A stretch of DNA of 64,000 bases from Phoronis australis (lineage: Eukaryota > Animalia > Phoronida), in NCBI GenBank assembly GCA_002633005.1, contig NMRA01000057.1, positions 894,005-958,004 on the forward strand. Direction: 5' to 3'. Below the pieces are notes generated by a model. It saw nothing but the letters and a program-made list of their open reading frames with translations, did not search any database and was not told the origin of the DNA. The position numbers and the translations under genes were made by a program. Every line of letters starts with the position of its first letter. The first letter of the stretch is position 1. Shown here one piece after another: positions 50,587-64,000 of this stretch.

Positions 50587-53500
50587 CCATTTGCACAACA
50601 TCCGTGAAACTAAAACAAAGAAAAAGGAACATTTATGCAATCTTGTAATAACATGCCCTTTTGACAATGAACAAAGGAAGCGCATCTCAGGTGAATTAGC
50701 TTACTTCATGATCACACACGGGTGCAAATGTGCATCTTGTCGCAAAGAGCGTTCAGTCGATTGTGTGCCTCGAATACATGTATAAGCGACTGACGTCACG
50801 ATTCAGCTCTCTGCACAATGACCACCGACAGCGAATAACAATACCACGTCTCTGTTGGTGGTGATGATAGCGACGTTCAAACGAGCTTCTCACGGCATGG
50901 TGACGACCCGCGGAAGAAGGTCACTCGTTCAACCATTCACTAATGAGTCCTATGCGCCGTGGCAAGCAGTGGACTACATTAGCATGGTGCTGTGGCAGTC
51001 AACTCCATTCGAATTTGTTTCACTAAGGATTGACGAACAACGCAGTTTGATATCTGAAAGCAACGCGTGACCTGGACATGCTGCGATATGCAATTTCGAG
51101 AAAAAGAATCACGACAAAATATAGCAACAGCTGTCTGCGTTATCTTTTGCCAGAGAGGGACCTCTGGAAAAATATAGTTTCACATTCTCAAAAATTGTCT
51201 CCATTCTTGAAATACTTGTGTGATAAAATGCACATTTTCAAGTGCGATTAGACGACTTATGCAGTAGAAATGGAGATCCGGCCTATCAACAGGGCCCTCA
51301 AAGTGTAAAGCATGCACTGGAAACCGAGTTGTAAAAATGTTCTCTTGAATTGTCTCTCTTATCCATGATCGAAGTTTTATCTTTTCTCGACTATTCCCGT
51401 CCCCGTGCCACGCCTATATCGGTTGCTACGTTTTAACCCTAACGCCTGCAAATTTTTATTGGGGGGCCAGAGGGGGGACACAACAAGCGCATCTCAGTGA
51501 GGCTTTGCGTCCTAAAGCACCATGAATTGTGATTTGTTCCCTGAATTGTCAGAAATAGGATTGAAATTGTATTTTGGTGTCTCCTTGGGCGTACAACTGT
51601 TTCAAGTAACCGTACCAATAACGGACCTTCTTAGTGACAAGTTCTAGGAACACGTAGAAAATCAGTACCATCGTTCTCTCCCACTTATAGTACGACTTCA
51701 TTTCTTATACTTTTTGTGTTAAAAATATTGAATTGCTGATTTTATCCCCAGTTATATTCAGCCCAAAATCATTTTATTCCACAAAATATCAAGCATTTCA
51801 AGATCACCGAGACTGCCTACTTATATTGCCGAATTTCGTAGTCCGAGAGCTATTTTTGTTTTTTTTTTGGTTAGGGGGGTTTTAAGATACAAAGAGCTTC
51901 AATACCACGTTTGTTGTAAATTACGAATATAGTGAAAGGTTTCCGTTTCCTTTAGTAGCAGTAAATCAGATACCATTTACACACATATATTGTGCAAGAA
52001 ATGCTTTGTGTGGTTCTTCAACGAGCACTATGGAACAAGCTGCTTTTGACCAAACCGTCGCCATTCTGAAGGCAGAGCAGTTTAGTGACAAGCAATGAAA
52101 AATATTGTTGTCTGCCCCCCACTCCTCTCTGTGCACAAACAAACCGAAATGGCTTTNACCATTCACTAATGAGTCCTATGCGCCGTGGCAAGCAGTGGAC
52201 TACATTAGCATGGTGCTGTGGCAGTCAACTCCATTCGAATTTGTTTCACTAAGGATTGACGAACAACGCAGTTTGATATCTGAAAGCAACGCGTGACCTG
52301 GACATGCTGCGATATGCAATTTCGAGAAAAAGAATCACGACAAAATATAGCAACAGCTGTCTGCGTTATCTTTTGCCAGAGAGGGACCTCTGGAAAAATA
52401 TAGTTTCACATTCTCAAAAATTGTCTCCATTCTTGAAATACTTGTGTGATAAAATGCACATTTTCAAGTGCGATTAGACGACTTATGCAGTAGAAATGGA
52501 GATCCGGCCTATCAACAGGGCCCTCAAAGTGTAAAGCATGCACTGGAAACCGAGTTGTAAAAATGTTCTCTTGAATTGTCTCTCTTATCCATGATCGAAG
52601 TTTTATCTTTTCTCGACTATTCCCGTCCCCGTGCCACGCCTATATCGGTTGCTACGTTTTAACCCTAACGCCTGCAAATTTTTATTGGGGGGCCAGAGGG
52701 GGGACACAACAAGCGCATCTCAGTGAGGCTTTGCGTCCTAAAGCACCATGAATTGTGATTTGTTCCCTGAATTGTCAGAAATAGGATTGAAATTGTATTT
52801 TGGTGTCTCCTTGGGCGTACAACTGTTTCAAGTAACCGTACCAATAACGGACCTTCTTAGTGACAAGTTCTAGGAACACGTAGAAAATCAGTACCAGCGT
52901 TCTCTCCCTCTTATAGTACGGCTTCATTTCTTATAATTTTTGTGTTAAAATTTCTGAATTGCTGATTTTATCCCCAGTTATATATTCAGCCCAAAATCAT
53001 TTTATTCCACAAAATATCTAGCATTTCAAGATCACCGAGACTGCTTACTTATATTGCCGAATTTCGTAGTCTGAGAGTTAATCTTGTTTTTTTTTGGTTA
53101 GGGGGGGGGGTTTAAGATACAAAGAGCTTCAATACCACGTTTGTTGTTAATTACGAATATACATGTAGTGAAAGGTTTCCGTTTCCTTTAGTAGCAGTAA
53201 ATCAGATACCATTTACACACATATATTGTGCAAGAAATGCTTTGGGTGGTTCTTCAACGAGCACTATGGAACAAGATGCTTTTGACCAAACCGTCGCCAT
53301 TCTGAAGGCAGAGCAGTTTAGTGAAAAGCAATGAAAAATATTGTTGTCTGTCCCCCAGTCCTCTCTGTGCACAAACAAACCGAAATGGCTTTCTTTTGGA
53401 GATTGTGGTCTGCCCCCCAACATCCTAGATCCTACACTTTGCCTTAGTCTAATAACAATGCATAGGATACAAGAACTTTGTTAACTAAAGTATCAAATTT

Positions 53501-54158
53501 ATTTTGAAATATCCATCAATGCTCACTCACTGAGTTATAAAAAATTCAACAAAAGGTGACGCTCCTCTCAACAATAATTGGCTACCCATTATGTAGCCAA
53601 GAATATACAAATTATTACCATTTGCACGCCATCCGTGAAATTAAAACAAAGAAAAAAAGAACATTTATACAATCTTGTGAATAGTGGTCATTAGCATGCC
53701 CTTTTGACAATGAACATAGGAAGCGCATCTCAGGTGAAGTAGCTTACTGCATGATCACAGACGGGTGCAAAAGTGCATCTTGTCGCAAAGAGCGTTCAGT
53801 CGATTGTGTGCCTCGAATACATGTATAAGCGAATGACGTCATGATTCAGCTCTCTGCACAATGACTACCGACCCCGAATAACAATACCACGTCTCTGTTG
53901 GCGGTGACGATAGTGACATTCAAATGAGCTTCTCATCAAATAAAGCATGACGACAACCCATAGGGGAAGTTTATCAGCAGGGTGCTTTCAGCACATTGAT
54001 TTCATTTGTGCAACAATTCACTAACGAGTCTTTTGCGCTGTAGCAGGCAGTAGACTTGATTGACATGGTAATGTGGCAGTAAATCCCATCCCAAGTTGTT
54101 TCACTAACATTTGACGAATAACGCCCCGTGATATCTGAAAGCAACACGTGACCTGGAC
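50587..54158 (+). repeat. Diverged ~500-bp direct repeats at 50587-51078 and 53618-54158
   Basis: Both run from ccatttgcac..catccgtgaaa to atctgaaagcaac.cgtgacctggac with scattered substitutions. Confidence 0.85.
50932..53392. repeat. ~1.23-kb tandem duplicate (50932-52156 / 52158-53392) across a single N; probable uncollapsed alleles
   Basis: First ~700 bp identical, remainder differs by SNPs and indels; junction at N 52157. Confidence 0.88.
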
Positions 54159-56787
54159 CGGGAAGACGGAATAGGTGCATTGGTATTGAAGGAAGGGCTG
54201 TGATGAAACTGGTGTCAGCCAGGGGATGTGCCCCGTCTAAGTTAATATTTACAAAAAGCCATAAGACTGAGCGGGGGTGGGGCACGTGCCCCCTAAAATT
54301 TTCAGGCGTCAGGGTTAGTCCTTGTAACCGCAGTATAGGCGTGGAACTGGGGGCAGCGGCGAAAAGAAAGACTGCGAAATATACGGAAGACAAAATTCAA
54401 GCCAACCTTTGTCAACTACCATTGGTTTACATGTGTATTTACACTTCAAATGCGCTAGCCAGGACATCATTGTTAGAGGTTCCAATTGTTTGCAGCACAG
54501 ACAGTGTAAATGCACTCTGAAATTTGCACTTACTCATTTGTGCATGTATTTCGAAAAGTCGAGAAAGTTTTTAAAGCACAGCTTTTTCTGAACATGTTAA
54601 TTCACTGTTTTTTAAGTTAAATTTGATGCAAAGCTATGTTTCTCGAGTCACCTGTTATGCACTCTCTTTCTTCGTTTTTTCTCGAATCAACGTTAAAAAC
54701 CATTACTTAAAAATAGAGAACCAATTGCTGCTTGTTTATTGAAGTAATAAAGCTTTTCATATTGAGGGATCCGTCGTATTCATCCACGCGGTCACCCATT
54801 TTGTATTTTTTGTTGAAAAATGCAGCTGCTCTCGGAGAGAAGTCACAATGATGGAATCGATTACCTCCGTATTCCGTTTTTTTTTTAAAAACCGTGCACC
54901 TTCTTGTTACAAATTTCCGTATTTGGGTACATGCAAGAATAACATGGGCGTTTAACTCTCTGCATAACCACGGCAACGGCGCAATTGCTTAGCGTATTAG
55001 TAGTGTTGCATTAGCCTACTTTACGGAAATGTGGACTTAGATGATATTCGTCTTTACACGGCTTGGTTGTGACTTTGTTTGTGGCAGCGCCTCCTCAACT
55101 ACACGGATATTCGATGGTGTATTGGTGGCACACACTATTAAATGGGATTACATATGATAAGTTTCTTCATAAATGTATGTAGTAGGTGACGTTGGTGTTA
55201 TTCGCTCTGGTGGTGTCGTCATGGTGACGCCAGGCTTATGTGGTGTTGGGCACGAGAGGAAAAACGCTGAGGAGCTTGAACAACTGTTAACCAAACCTCT
55301 GAGTGGTTCTTGCTATATTTTTTGAGTAGTTTGCAGTGGTGAGAGATTTTGTTGCCCTGTTACCAGAATCATCGTTTGGTTTAAGCGTTGTTCTCGATAA
55401 ATGACCTATCGCAAGTTCCACCCCCTTGCGAAACGTCACGTGAAACCCGAAAAAAGATGTCAGATGCAAATACACTGCCGCTACGTAAACGACGTTCTGG
55501 TGGAATCGATGAGTGTTTTCGCACTTTCCAAAAACGCTTCGACAAAGACAGCAGGCGATACTTTTGCGCTGAGACTCGAACATTCATGATTTGGGAATTT
55601 GTAAATGCGACGATGAAAAAATAAGTGCTGGAGGATTTCGGAGCCAACGAAAATCCGAAGAACACCACACGGGGCTCACTTTCAGTTGAAAACTGAAAAG
55701 GCCACTGATGCGATTTGTTCATGTAAAGCTTTGTCTGTACCATAAAATCAAATTTTCTGTACGATGCCATCAATTTCAGGGTATTTCGAACAAAATCAGT
55801 GAAGACTCGCCGACATTTGTATTCTGCCATCTGCTAAATTCCACCAACGAAGGATAGGTCACAACTGATGGGATTCTCAGAGTCATATATATCGAGTCGA
55901 TACCACTGTTTATACTTTTCTAATCTTCGAGCGAAATAGTTTGATTAAAAAATCCGGTTCAGCGCACGTCAGCGGACACAGTATGAACTTTCGGCCACTG
56001 TTGTTTCCCACTTCAGTCATCGTGCAAAGGGATAATTGAGCACTGTGAACGCCTATATCAGCGCTTGAAGCGGATCCAGTCTCATGACAATCAGACCGAC
56101 AGAAGGTGGACATCGAGGCCCTGCAGTGGTTTTGGACCCCCTATACCCCTTGGGCTTGTAGTCCTTGAAAACTCAACAAAATCCCTGTTCACACAGAAAT
56201 CTTCACCTAATTTACAATGTGTCATTGAACATTTGTCAATATGAGCAGCAATCTACTGTCCTGCATTGAACTATCCACTTTCGTAGAGGTGCACGTACAT
56301 GTGGGGAGAATGCTCATTGCATGTCTGACCCACTTTCAGTTCATTTGGGAAGCTTTTCGGGGTTATAGGAAACATTTTAATCATGAAAAGATCCTGAGAA
56401 TGATAGAAGGAAGTTGACATAAATCACTGTGTTTAGTACCCAAGACCATTTTCAGTAAATGAACGGGGTATAATTATAAAGGAGATGGCAAAATTGGTGA
56501 CAGTTGCGTCATGTTAGCTTTCATCCTTCACCACTGACCCAAGCCAGCCAGCTAGCTGTATGAAGACTATCGTCAAAATACGGTATACAGCTTTGTAACA
56601 AGGCTACACTGGCACTGCCACAAGCTCTCCGTCATTCAATTCCTGACTGAATTTCATAATCAAGTTGTTGGCACGCTTTGTTCTTTGTATGACGTGACTA
56701 ATCGTACCGCGTGTCTAGTAAATACAAGGTTTCATTATTTTGCACGTGCTGTAATTTTACACGTTTTTATCCTATAATATCAAATCG

Positions 56788-56878
56788 ATGCTAAAAAAAG
56801 GTGTTAGTTTCGTAGGCCTATCCTCACAGACAACATGGCGAATATCTTCATTGTGGTTTGTAGCTTCTGTTTTTCACG
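56788..56878 (+). CDS. Candidate first exon (leader/signal) of the SRCR gene
   Basis: ATG..MLKKGVSFVGLSSQTTWRISSLWFVASVFH, donor G|gtacgt phase 1, compatible with the 59736 acceptor; no homology support. Confidence 0.35.
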
Positions 56879-56940
56879 GTACGTAGATGTACACTATAAC
56901 TATTTGAAAGTTCTAGACATGACTCATTTTCCGTTAACCA

Positions 56941-58836
56941 ACCCAATACTCAGCTCTTAAACAAAGCTGAAGTTCCACAGGAGGGCGTTTCACCACTTGG
57001 TGAAATGGATATAAAGCAATAGAATAGGAGGAAAAGTCTTTGTTCAGTGTGTTAGTAGTAACAAAATGAAATTCCTTTCAATCCTTGACACGTTTAGAAA
57101 CCGGAAAACCGTCTTACCGGGTATATTTTGCTTCGATTTACTTTCATCTAACAACAAACGAATAAAATCGTCTTCCATTCTATGAACTCAGTTTTTGACT
57201 TATGACGTCATGTGGTGACCCGATTGGCAGACAATGAGCTCATTGAATGCTTCAGTTCACGCTTTCACCGGCAGGATAAACATACAAATGGTGGAAAGAC
57301 AAGTGAAAAGTAATATGTCGAATCGTTGAATGAATAAGTTCTTTCGAAGGGCTTGATTTCCGTGCCGTTATATTCGCCGTATTAATTCTAGAGATAAATA
57401 TGTTCACCCCGATCTCAATTTCGACGTATGCAGGTTAATATTTGATGTGCAATTCGAGTGTAATATGTATGTATGCATACGTTTGACCAACCCCATTACT
57501 TTAATAAGGGTTGGTTTTCCGACTATGGAAGTCTCTGCATAGAAAGAGTAGAATTTAGTGCCATGCATTTCACAGCTCGATCTGCGCAACAACTAACTTG
57601 CACGAGTCGAAATTGCGACCCGACCGCGTGAAAACATTCAGGTGAAGCCTTTTAAAAGAAATTATTCACTCGAAGATTCGACGTTTTAGAATTCGCTTAT
57701 TTATTCGCCATTTGTCTCTTCCATCTAGCTGTGAACTTCTGAACCATAACCTTCACTTTGCTCAATAGCTGGCATTCGGACTATTGCTACGTTGTATATT
57801 TTATGCTAAGACGTCATTAGGTCAAAATCTGAGAGAATTCAGATGGTAGACTATTTGACTCGTCATTACTTGGTAGAAAGAGTTGAAAAATAATTGGGAA
57901 AAACCTATATGGTTCTCTAACTATCCTAGGAAAATTTGTTCTGGTTAGTGCCTGCACACTCATTAAGCATTTCCCTCCGTTCTTCTGATTTACATGTATG
58001 TCCATTCCACAATCTTGTGGGTTCAGCTCAGTTTGAGCTGAGTAGGCTATTGACTAAATTTCGTATGCCTGCAGCGCCAGTTGAAAGGTCTAGTAGCGCG
58101 GTCATAGTTAAGGCTGTAGTCGGTAGCCGATGTATCGGCCCAATTATGTCTGGAAATAAATTTAGCCGGCTTATACTCAGCTCGTAAACAGAGCTAAAGG
58201 TCTACCGGGTTGTGGGGTGGCTTTTCACACCTTGGCGAAATGGATATACACCAAAAGAGTGGGAGGAGAGTTTTTATCAGCGTGTTAGACATCCGCCCAG
58301 TGAAAGTTTAGAATCAAGTGCCGTGCATCAAGTATTGACCGGCCCGCTCACGTCGAAACTGGAATCGCTTGAACACTGACATTTATCTAAAGACTACTTA
58401 ATTGGGCGGATATAACAGCACAAAAACCAAGCCCTTCGGAAGAACTTGTCTTCTCGAAGATTAGACTTTTTACTTTTCGCTTGTCATTCCGCTATTTGTA
58501 TTTTTTAACCTACTGGTGAACTCATGGACTAAAGCATTAATTGGGCTCATTGGCATTAGGGTCACTACATGACGCCATTAGGTTAAAGACTGAGCTCACA
58601 AGTCGGCAGACGTTTTGGTTCCTTGTTGTTAGAGGAAGGTAAAAAGAGGCGAAATACTGTATAACCAGTGAGGCAGTTTGTGGTGTTCTAAACGTGCCAA
58701 GAGAATTTTATAGTACTAACACGTACGGAACAAAAAAATTTCCTCACAGTCTTTTGGTTTATATCCATTTCACCAAGTGGTGAAAAGCCCTGAGGTGGAG
58801 CTTCGGCTCTGTTTTTAAAAGAGCTGAGTATTGGTT
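56941..58836. mobile_element. Foldback-type element with ~430-bp diverged inverted arms and internal partial arm copies
   Basis: ccaatactcagctc..ttcaccacttggtgaaatggatataaa (56943-57015) is inverted at 58758-58835; match extends 57200-57357 vs 58428-58578; extra copies at ~57650-57840 (inverted) and 58173-58290 (direct). Confidence 0.8.
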
Positions 58837-59735
58837 ACATTCACCTGCCATCTGATGTTCACAGATGTCACTTAACAGTTAGTGATGACCTGAAATGCTC
58901 GCCAGTAAGCCAAGTGAATGCATTGTAGTCTACGAGTTCACCGCTAGGTGAAAGTGCAGGTGGCGTAGTTAGAAGCAAATTGTAAAATGTTTTTGACGGG
59001 CTTGATTTCTTTTTAGTTATACTCGCCGTGATGTTTCTGCAGATAATTTCCTTTGTTCTATCGTAACATGGACGTGTGCAGGTCGTAACTTTGTGTTTAA
59101 GATTGCCACTCAATTCACTTACAGCACGCAGTTCGTGAAAACGGACGTTTACCAGTTGTTGAACCATTTGAATTTTGCCATTTTTTGGGTGATTTTGAAT
59201 TGTTTGCAATTAAATTTCTTCTAAACTTTTGTTTTTCTCCCAAACACGTTGACTTTGCCATAGTTCTTCCTATAGCCTGCTCTGCAGCTTTGAAACGATC
59301 TCTGTAAAAAGTGAGCTAAAAAAGTGGTAAATGCCTTGAAATTCATTCTTCTGAAACCTAATTTGGCTACTGTCGTGAAACGAATGCTGTTAGTTCGTCA
59401 TTCCGCAATAACGTTTGTGCGTCAGCTTTGGGTGCCTTGAACTTGAACGCCATCTGTTTGCCAATCTCTGTTTTCGCCGATTTTTCAATCCCATGTTCTT
59501 TTTGTGCTTGTACATAGTTAACAACAACTAAAAAACATGGTTTCCGTTTGTTACTAGTTTTGAGTTTCAAGCATGCACTCCAAAGTCTCAGAAATCGTTA
59601 TTGTAGATGTTCTGTCAGTATTTTAATCCATCAGACACGTGCATGCACTGCAGTGTTCAAAATAAATCAGCTTCGAGAAGATCCTGATGGCAATGTGCAC
59701 ATAACAGACTTCTCATTGCTAACTTATCTTTTTAG

Positions 59736-59888
59736 TTGCCTCGTCAATAACAACGGTACGGTTGCGGTTAGTTGATGGTTTCGCGTCCAACGAGGGTCGT
59801 GTTGAGGTGTTTTATGACGGCAAGTGGGGTACTATATGTGACGACAAGTTTCACATGTCTGATGCCAACGTCATCTGCCGACAGATGG
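59736..59888 (+). CDS. Scavenger receptor cysteine-rich (SRCR) domain exon, N-terminal part
   Basis: ttttag|..[45 protein letters not shown]|gtgagt; phases 1/1. Confidence 0.95.
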
Positions 59889-60321
59889 GTGAGTTAACAG
59901 CTAATGCATTAGTACTTTTGCCTACAACCTGACTGATTGACTATACATAGATAGCAATACATAGCTACAACACTGAATCTACTGTTTGAAATTCGACTCT
60001 CTTGATAGAAAATCGCTGCCCATTCTAGCTATTATCTAGTGAACTTTTCTGAGTTGCACAACTTATGCTAGACATTTTTTGGCGTCCAAATGCATGTAAT
60101 GTTGCCTTTTGAAAGGTCTTTAACCCTTAGAAGTAAGTAAAGAAATGGTCTTCCTGCCTGCTGAAAAAACGGCAATTCCATGTCTTATGTATTTTTTTTT
60201 CTTTCAAAAATTAAAATGAATGAGCAATTAAAGTTCCACACATATTTAGACTTCATTAATTAATCAAACGGCCTGCTTACGGTTTTCCTGACGGGCATGT
60301 TAATGTGTGTGGATATTTCAA

Positions 60322-60440
60322 CATAGGCGGCGCAGCACAGAAAGAAGTACTGTGGTGCACCTTCCATACACCATGAGCGGCGTAGCACTGAAAAAGTGAG
60401 GGGCTATAGCCCCCCAGCCCCCTATGGTGCGCCGCCCATG
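60322..60440. mobile_element. Short MITE with CA..TG termini
   Basis: CATAGGCGGCGCA...TGCGCCGCCCATG inverted termini flanked by a ttcaa direct repeat. Confidence 0.7.
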
Positions 60441-62229
60441 TTCAACCTTGTTCAATTGTAGTTAAAAATTAAACGTCACCAATTCACCTCTTCCTGAAGT
60501 CTCCATCAACAATCTTATTGTTTTATTTCCGGGGACAGCTCACTGCTCTAGAACAGTTTTCATACACGAATCCACGGTTTCGAGTTGGGCATGCGCAGTA
60601 CAGTAGCGTGGCAATGCGCTCTACGATGACTCGACAATTAAACGCAGATTTTTTTGAAAATAAGCAAATGGCGAAAACAGCAATTGACAATGCATTTGTG
60701 TCATCGGTACGTAACGCTGTACTGTCGTCTGACTAAAAACGTCGCTTTATCGCTCTGATCTCGACTAATCAATGCCAAAGGCGATTAGTGATCGAGATGA
60801 CTTGTTATAATACTAAACGTCGTAATTGAAGCAATTAAAGACATCTACTTGATATTGCATCGAGGGCTTAAACTAAAAGTATAAATGCTGAACTTGGGGT
60901 GGACTTCGTGAAATTGTGGCCACCCTTTCAAGTATCGAAGTTTTACCGACAACACGGGGATCTTGTAATGCGCTAAAATGACTCGGAGTTGGAAGATCGA
61001 ATAAAGTTAATGCTGTCGAAAAAAATAAGAAAGTCAAAGCACCAGCAATTAACATGAGACACTCATTTGGTGCCAAAACGAGGCCAGATAACTGCTCGAC
61101 GGATGTTGCAGCACTGTGGGTAAATACCGCAATATTTTAATGTTGCTGTGTAATCCGGGACCGCCCCATTGGAACGTTTGGGCAACACATTCCAAATTTT
61201 CCGAAAAATATTGGTTCCAGCAGACCTAACTCTCCCATCCACATGGAAAATGCGCGTGAATTGGTTTGTTTAATACTAATATATCCTGTACCCTGTAGAC
61301 AAACAGTGTACTCTTTGGAAAAAGGCCTTTTGTCAAGTCGCATGTTTTTATAAAACGATAGGTGTTGCGTTTGTGGTCGAATTTTTTAAAATCATACGTC
61401 TTTGCAGACCTACAACAAAGTAGTCTTTTAGTTGCTCTGTGTACTAGTAGTGTTTATTACTCATTGTATTTTAATTGAATAAAAAATAATCTAGGTCAAA
61501 CTGCGGCCAAAGACGAGATGCAAGTGGTTTTGGCAGCGCATCAATTTCTCTGGAGATCAAAATGACCTGATCCGAGTTTCGAGCATGTTGTGAACGCAAA
61601 CATTTTAGCGAGGCGACATGAAAGAAATTGCTTCCGGAGAGTGCATTTTCAAAGATACTAGGTTCTTATTTGTGACTTTTCAGGTTAAAACACGAAACTA
61701 GCATTCTCTTGCGAGAATATTTCCGTTCACGGTAGATATCACGTCATCTCTAATCTCTCTCAAAATAGTGTCAAAATGGTCCTTCCGGAACTTCATGTAC
61801 TGACTGTAGAATATGAAAACCGACGTGACACGCAGTCCACATTCGCTTCATTTGGCCAATTTATCTTCAAAAACTAAAGAAGGATCTTAATGACATCGAA
61901 AAATATTTACAGATGATATCGGAAAGCTCTTTCTAATGCTTCATACCATCGGTTTGAGATGTTTTAGGGTTGTGTTGGACCTTATCGACAAGGATGTGCA
62001 TTTATCCAAATAGCAACTAAATTACAGAGAACTCGAGAGAGAGAGACAGTGTATATGTTCTGGAAGTACAACCTGAATGTTATTTTGGGCGTTATATTCA
62101 GTTTCAACCACCTGGGTCGCGTGATCATGTCCTCTCTTTATTAATTCAAGTTGGTGACCTAGGCTGATGTTTTAGAGTTCCACATAGTTGTGAAATGCTA
62201 GTTGTAACTATGACACAGTTAAATTTTAG

Positions 62230-62352
62230 GATTCGCCGGAGCTGAGCAGTACCACCACAATTCTTTCTTTGGTCCTGGCCAAGGCGTTATTTGGTTGGAC
62301 GAACTGGGGTGTTTTGGAATGGAAACGGATGTGTCCAGTTGTAGGCATTCCG
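62230..62352 (+). CDS. SRCR domain exon, middle part; gene probably continues beyond the window
   Basis: ttttag|GA TTC..FAGAEQYHHNSFFGPGQGVIWLDELGCFGMETDVSSCRHS G|gtaggt; in frame with the previous exon. Confidence 0.93.
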
Positions 62353-64000
62353 GTAGGTAACTTGCACTCATAAGATAACAGGGACAGTCGTACAAGCTGC
62401 GGACGAATATTTGAGTTATAGGGTGCTGTTGCAGTGCACAGATATTACCCACTATTACGACGATTGGTTTGGAACGTCGCTGAAGTACCTTTAGCGTGCA
62501 CATTCAATGCTGCGTTTGCCTACTCACGCCCAATGAGTATTCCTCAGAGAGCAAAACGTTTTGACCATTAAGTGGCATTAAGCCGTACAAGTGTTAGCAT
62601 TATAAAACTGGTCTCATCCAATATAAGTGTTTGTTTCTGACCTTTATAAGGACTGGCAGTTGTTCCGCGTCTCAAATTTTGAGGCCAATTTTATAGCGAC
62701 AAGTCGACAAAAATACGTATCTTGACAGAAAGCACGAATTTCATGCCGATTTAACTACCAAATTCACAAAATAAAAAAGTTTAACTTTCGGAAGTGCTTG
62801 ACGTCGGCCATCCTTATTATTATCCAAGCAGTGGATCAGACCAAGCACGTGAGCGTTTTCTACAGAACATCACAACATTTCCCTTGCGTTTTCCCGACAG
62901 ATCGTTTTCTTCCACTGGAAATAACTTCGTGCATATGGGTTGTCACCTAGTTGGTATTTTCCGTTCTCAGTTATCTAGCTTTTATGATACATACGCTTTC
63001 CTACATGCTCCGAGAGATGGCACAGCGAATTCTGTAGCATGTACATGTAACAAGTCTTACAGGTATTCGGATTGTTTGGATAATAACATCCAAACATTCT
63101 GATTGATGCCGGAAAATGTGCCACTTAACAGTTCCATCTATTGAGAAATGTGCTGCAACCACAAAAACATAAAATGAAGATACATCCCGAGAAAGTTCAT
63201 TTTTGGCACACGCAATGTTAACAGACGCCCAGCAAAGCAATTGAATGATACACTAGACTTCCGACTTGCTCCCGTACCAGGTGTACATACGACGCATGTG
63301 TAAGCCAAGATATGCGCAATGATGCTTGCGTCACTGAATTCTGCGTGTCGTAAATCATCATTGCATAGGATCACATTTCCATATAAGTAGCACTGTAACA
63401 GAGGGAAGCTTGTATTGAAGGGTGAATTTCCTTAAAAGCATGAAAGTTTTGAGAGATCCAGTTGAGGTAACAAAACACAGAAGAATTGAGTCAAAGACTG
63501 GAAAGTTCTAGTGCTTACTCGATGTCGCGTCATCTGGTTAAATCGCTACCTATTGGCCAAAACGATAATAACACCACTAGCCAAGCTGAGTTTCGTGAGA
63601 GACAGGCGCAGCGTTGCTAAATCAAGTAAGCAAATTCCAGTATTTGATAAAATTATTCTGTAGTCTGATAAATTTTCTTATTATTGAAATGATATTTATA
63701 TTTTTGTGTAAATATCTGAAACATAATAGAAGGGTTTAAATATGCTTTTGCTAACGTGAAAAAATCAAAACCAGTACCCAGTAATTTTGGTTTTATGTGA
63801 ATGTTGAAACTAGAATTCAATTATCAACATTTTCTTCTACAAAATGGTAATATGGAAGAATACAGTGTGTAACAAACACTGGGAAAATCTTCTCATGTCT
63901 TCTGTGGAGATCACATTGGTGTATGTGAATGATTCTCAGTTTTGTTTTTCTATGAGTACAGTGCGCTTGCTTCACTCAATAAATATTTATCAAAATATTT

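Noticed and set aside
54707-56113. Cluster of overlapping 60-150 aa ORFs on both strands
   Set aside because: No recognisable motifs or consistent splice structure; probably the interior of an unclassified repeat.

Overview
Eukaryotic (animal) genomic DNA: AT-rich, with spliceosomal introns, transposons, microsatellites and assembly gaps. Gene content suggests a marine invertebrate, plausibly a deuterostome (inference). The core is an old tandem duplication (copy A ~3.3-14.6 kb, copy B ~31.5-41.8 kb). Each copy has the same layout: TATA promoter, signal-peptide/coiled-coil exon, olfactomedin (OLF) exon, then fibrinogen-related (FReD) exons. The copies have lost opposite C-terminal heads. Copy A encodes coiled-coil+FReD (~421 aa) and carries a dead OLF exon in intron 1. 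Copy B encodes coiled-coil+OLF (~633 aa, amassin-like) followed by dead FReD exons. This points to an ancestral gene with two alternative C-terminal domains whose isoforms were partitioned between the duplicates. Also present: the 5' part of an SRCR gene, a BEL/Pao pol fragment, two decayed CR1/L2-group LINEs, several TIR elements (a Kolobok-like one and a 6-kb CACTA-like foldback with palindromic subterminal repeats), an array of CTCF-like motifs between the paralogs, a 40-bp satellite, an excess of TACATGTA footprint-like insertions, and two duplications across single Ns that look like assembly artefacts. Gene models were spliced by hand and no database searches were run.
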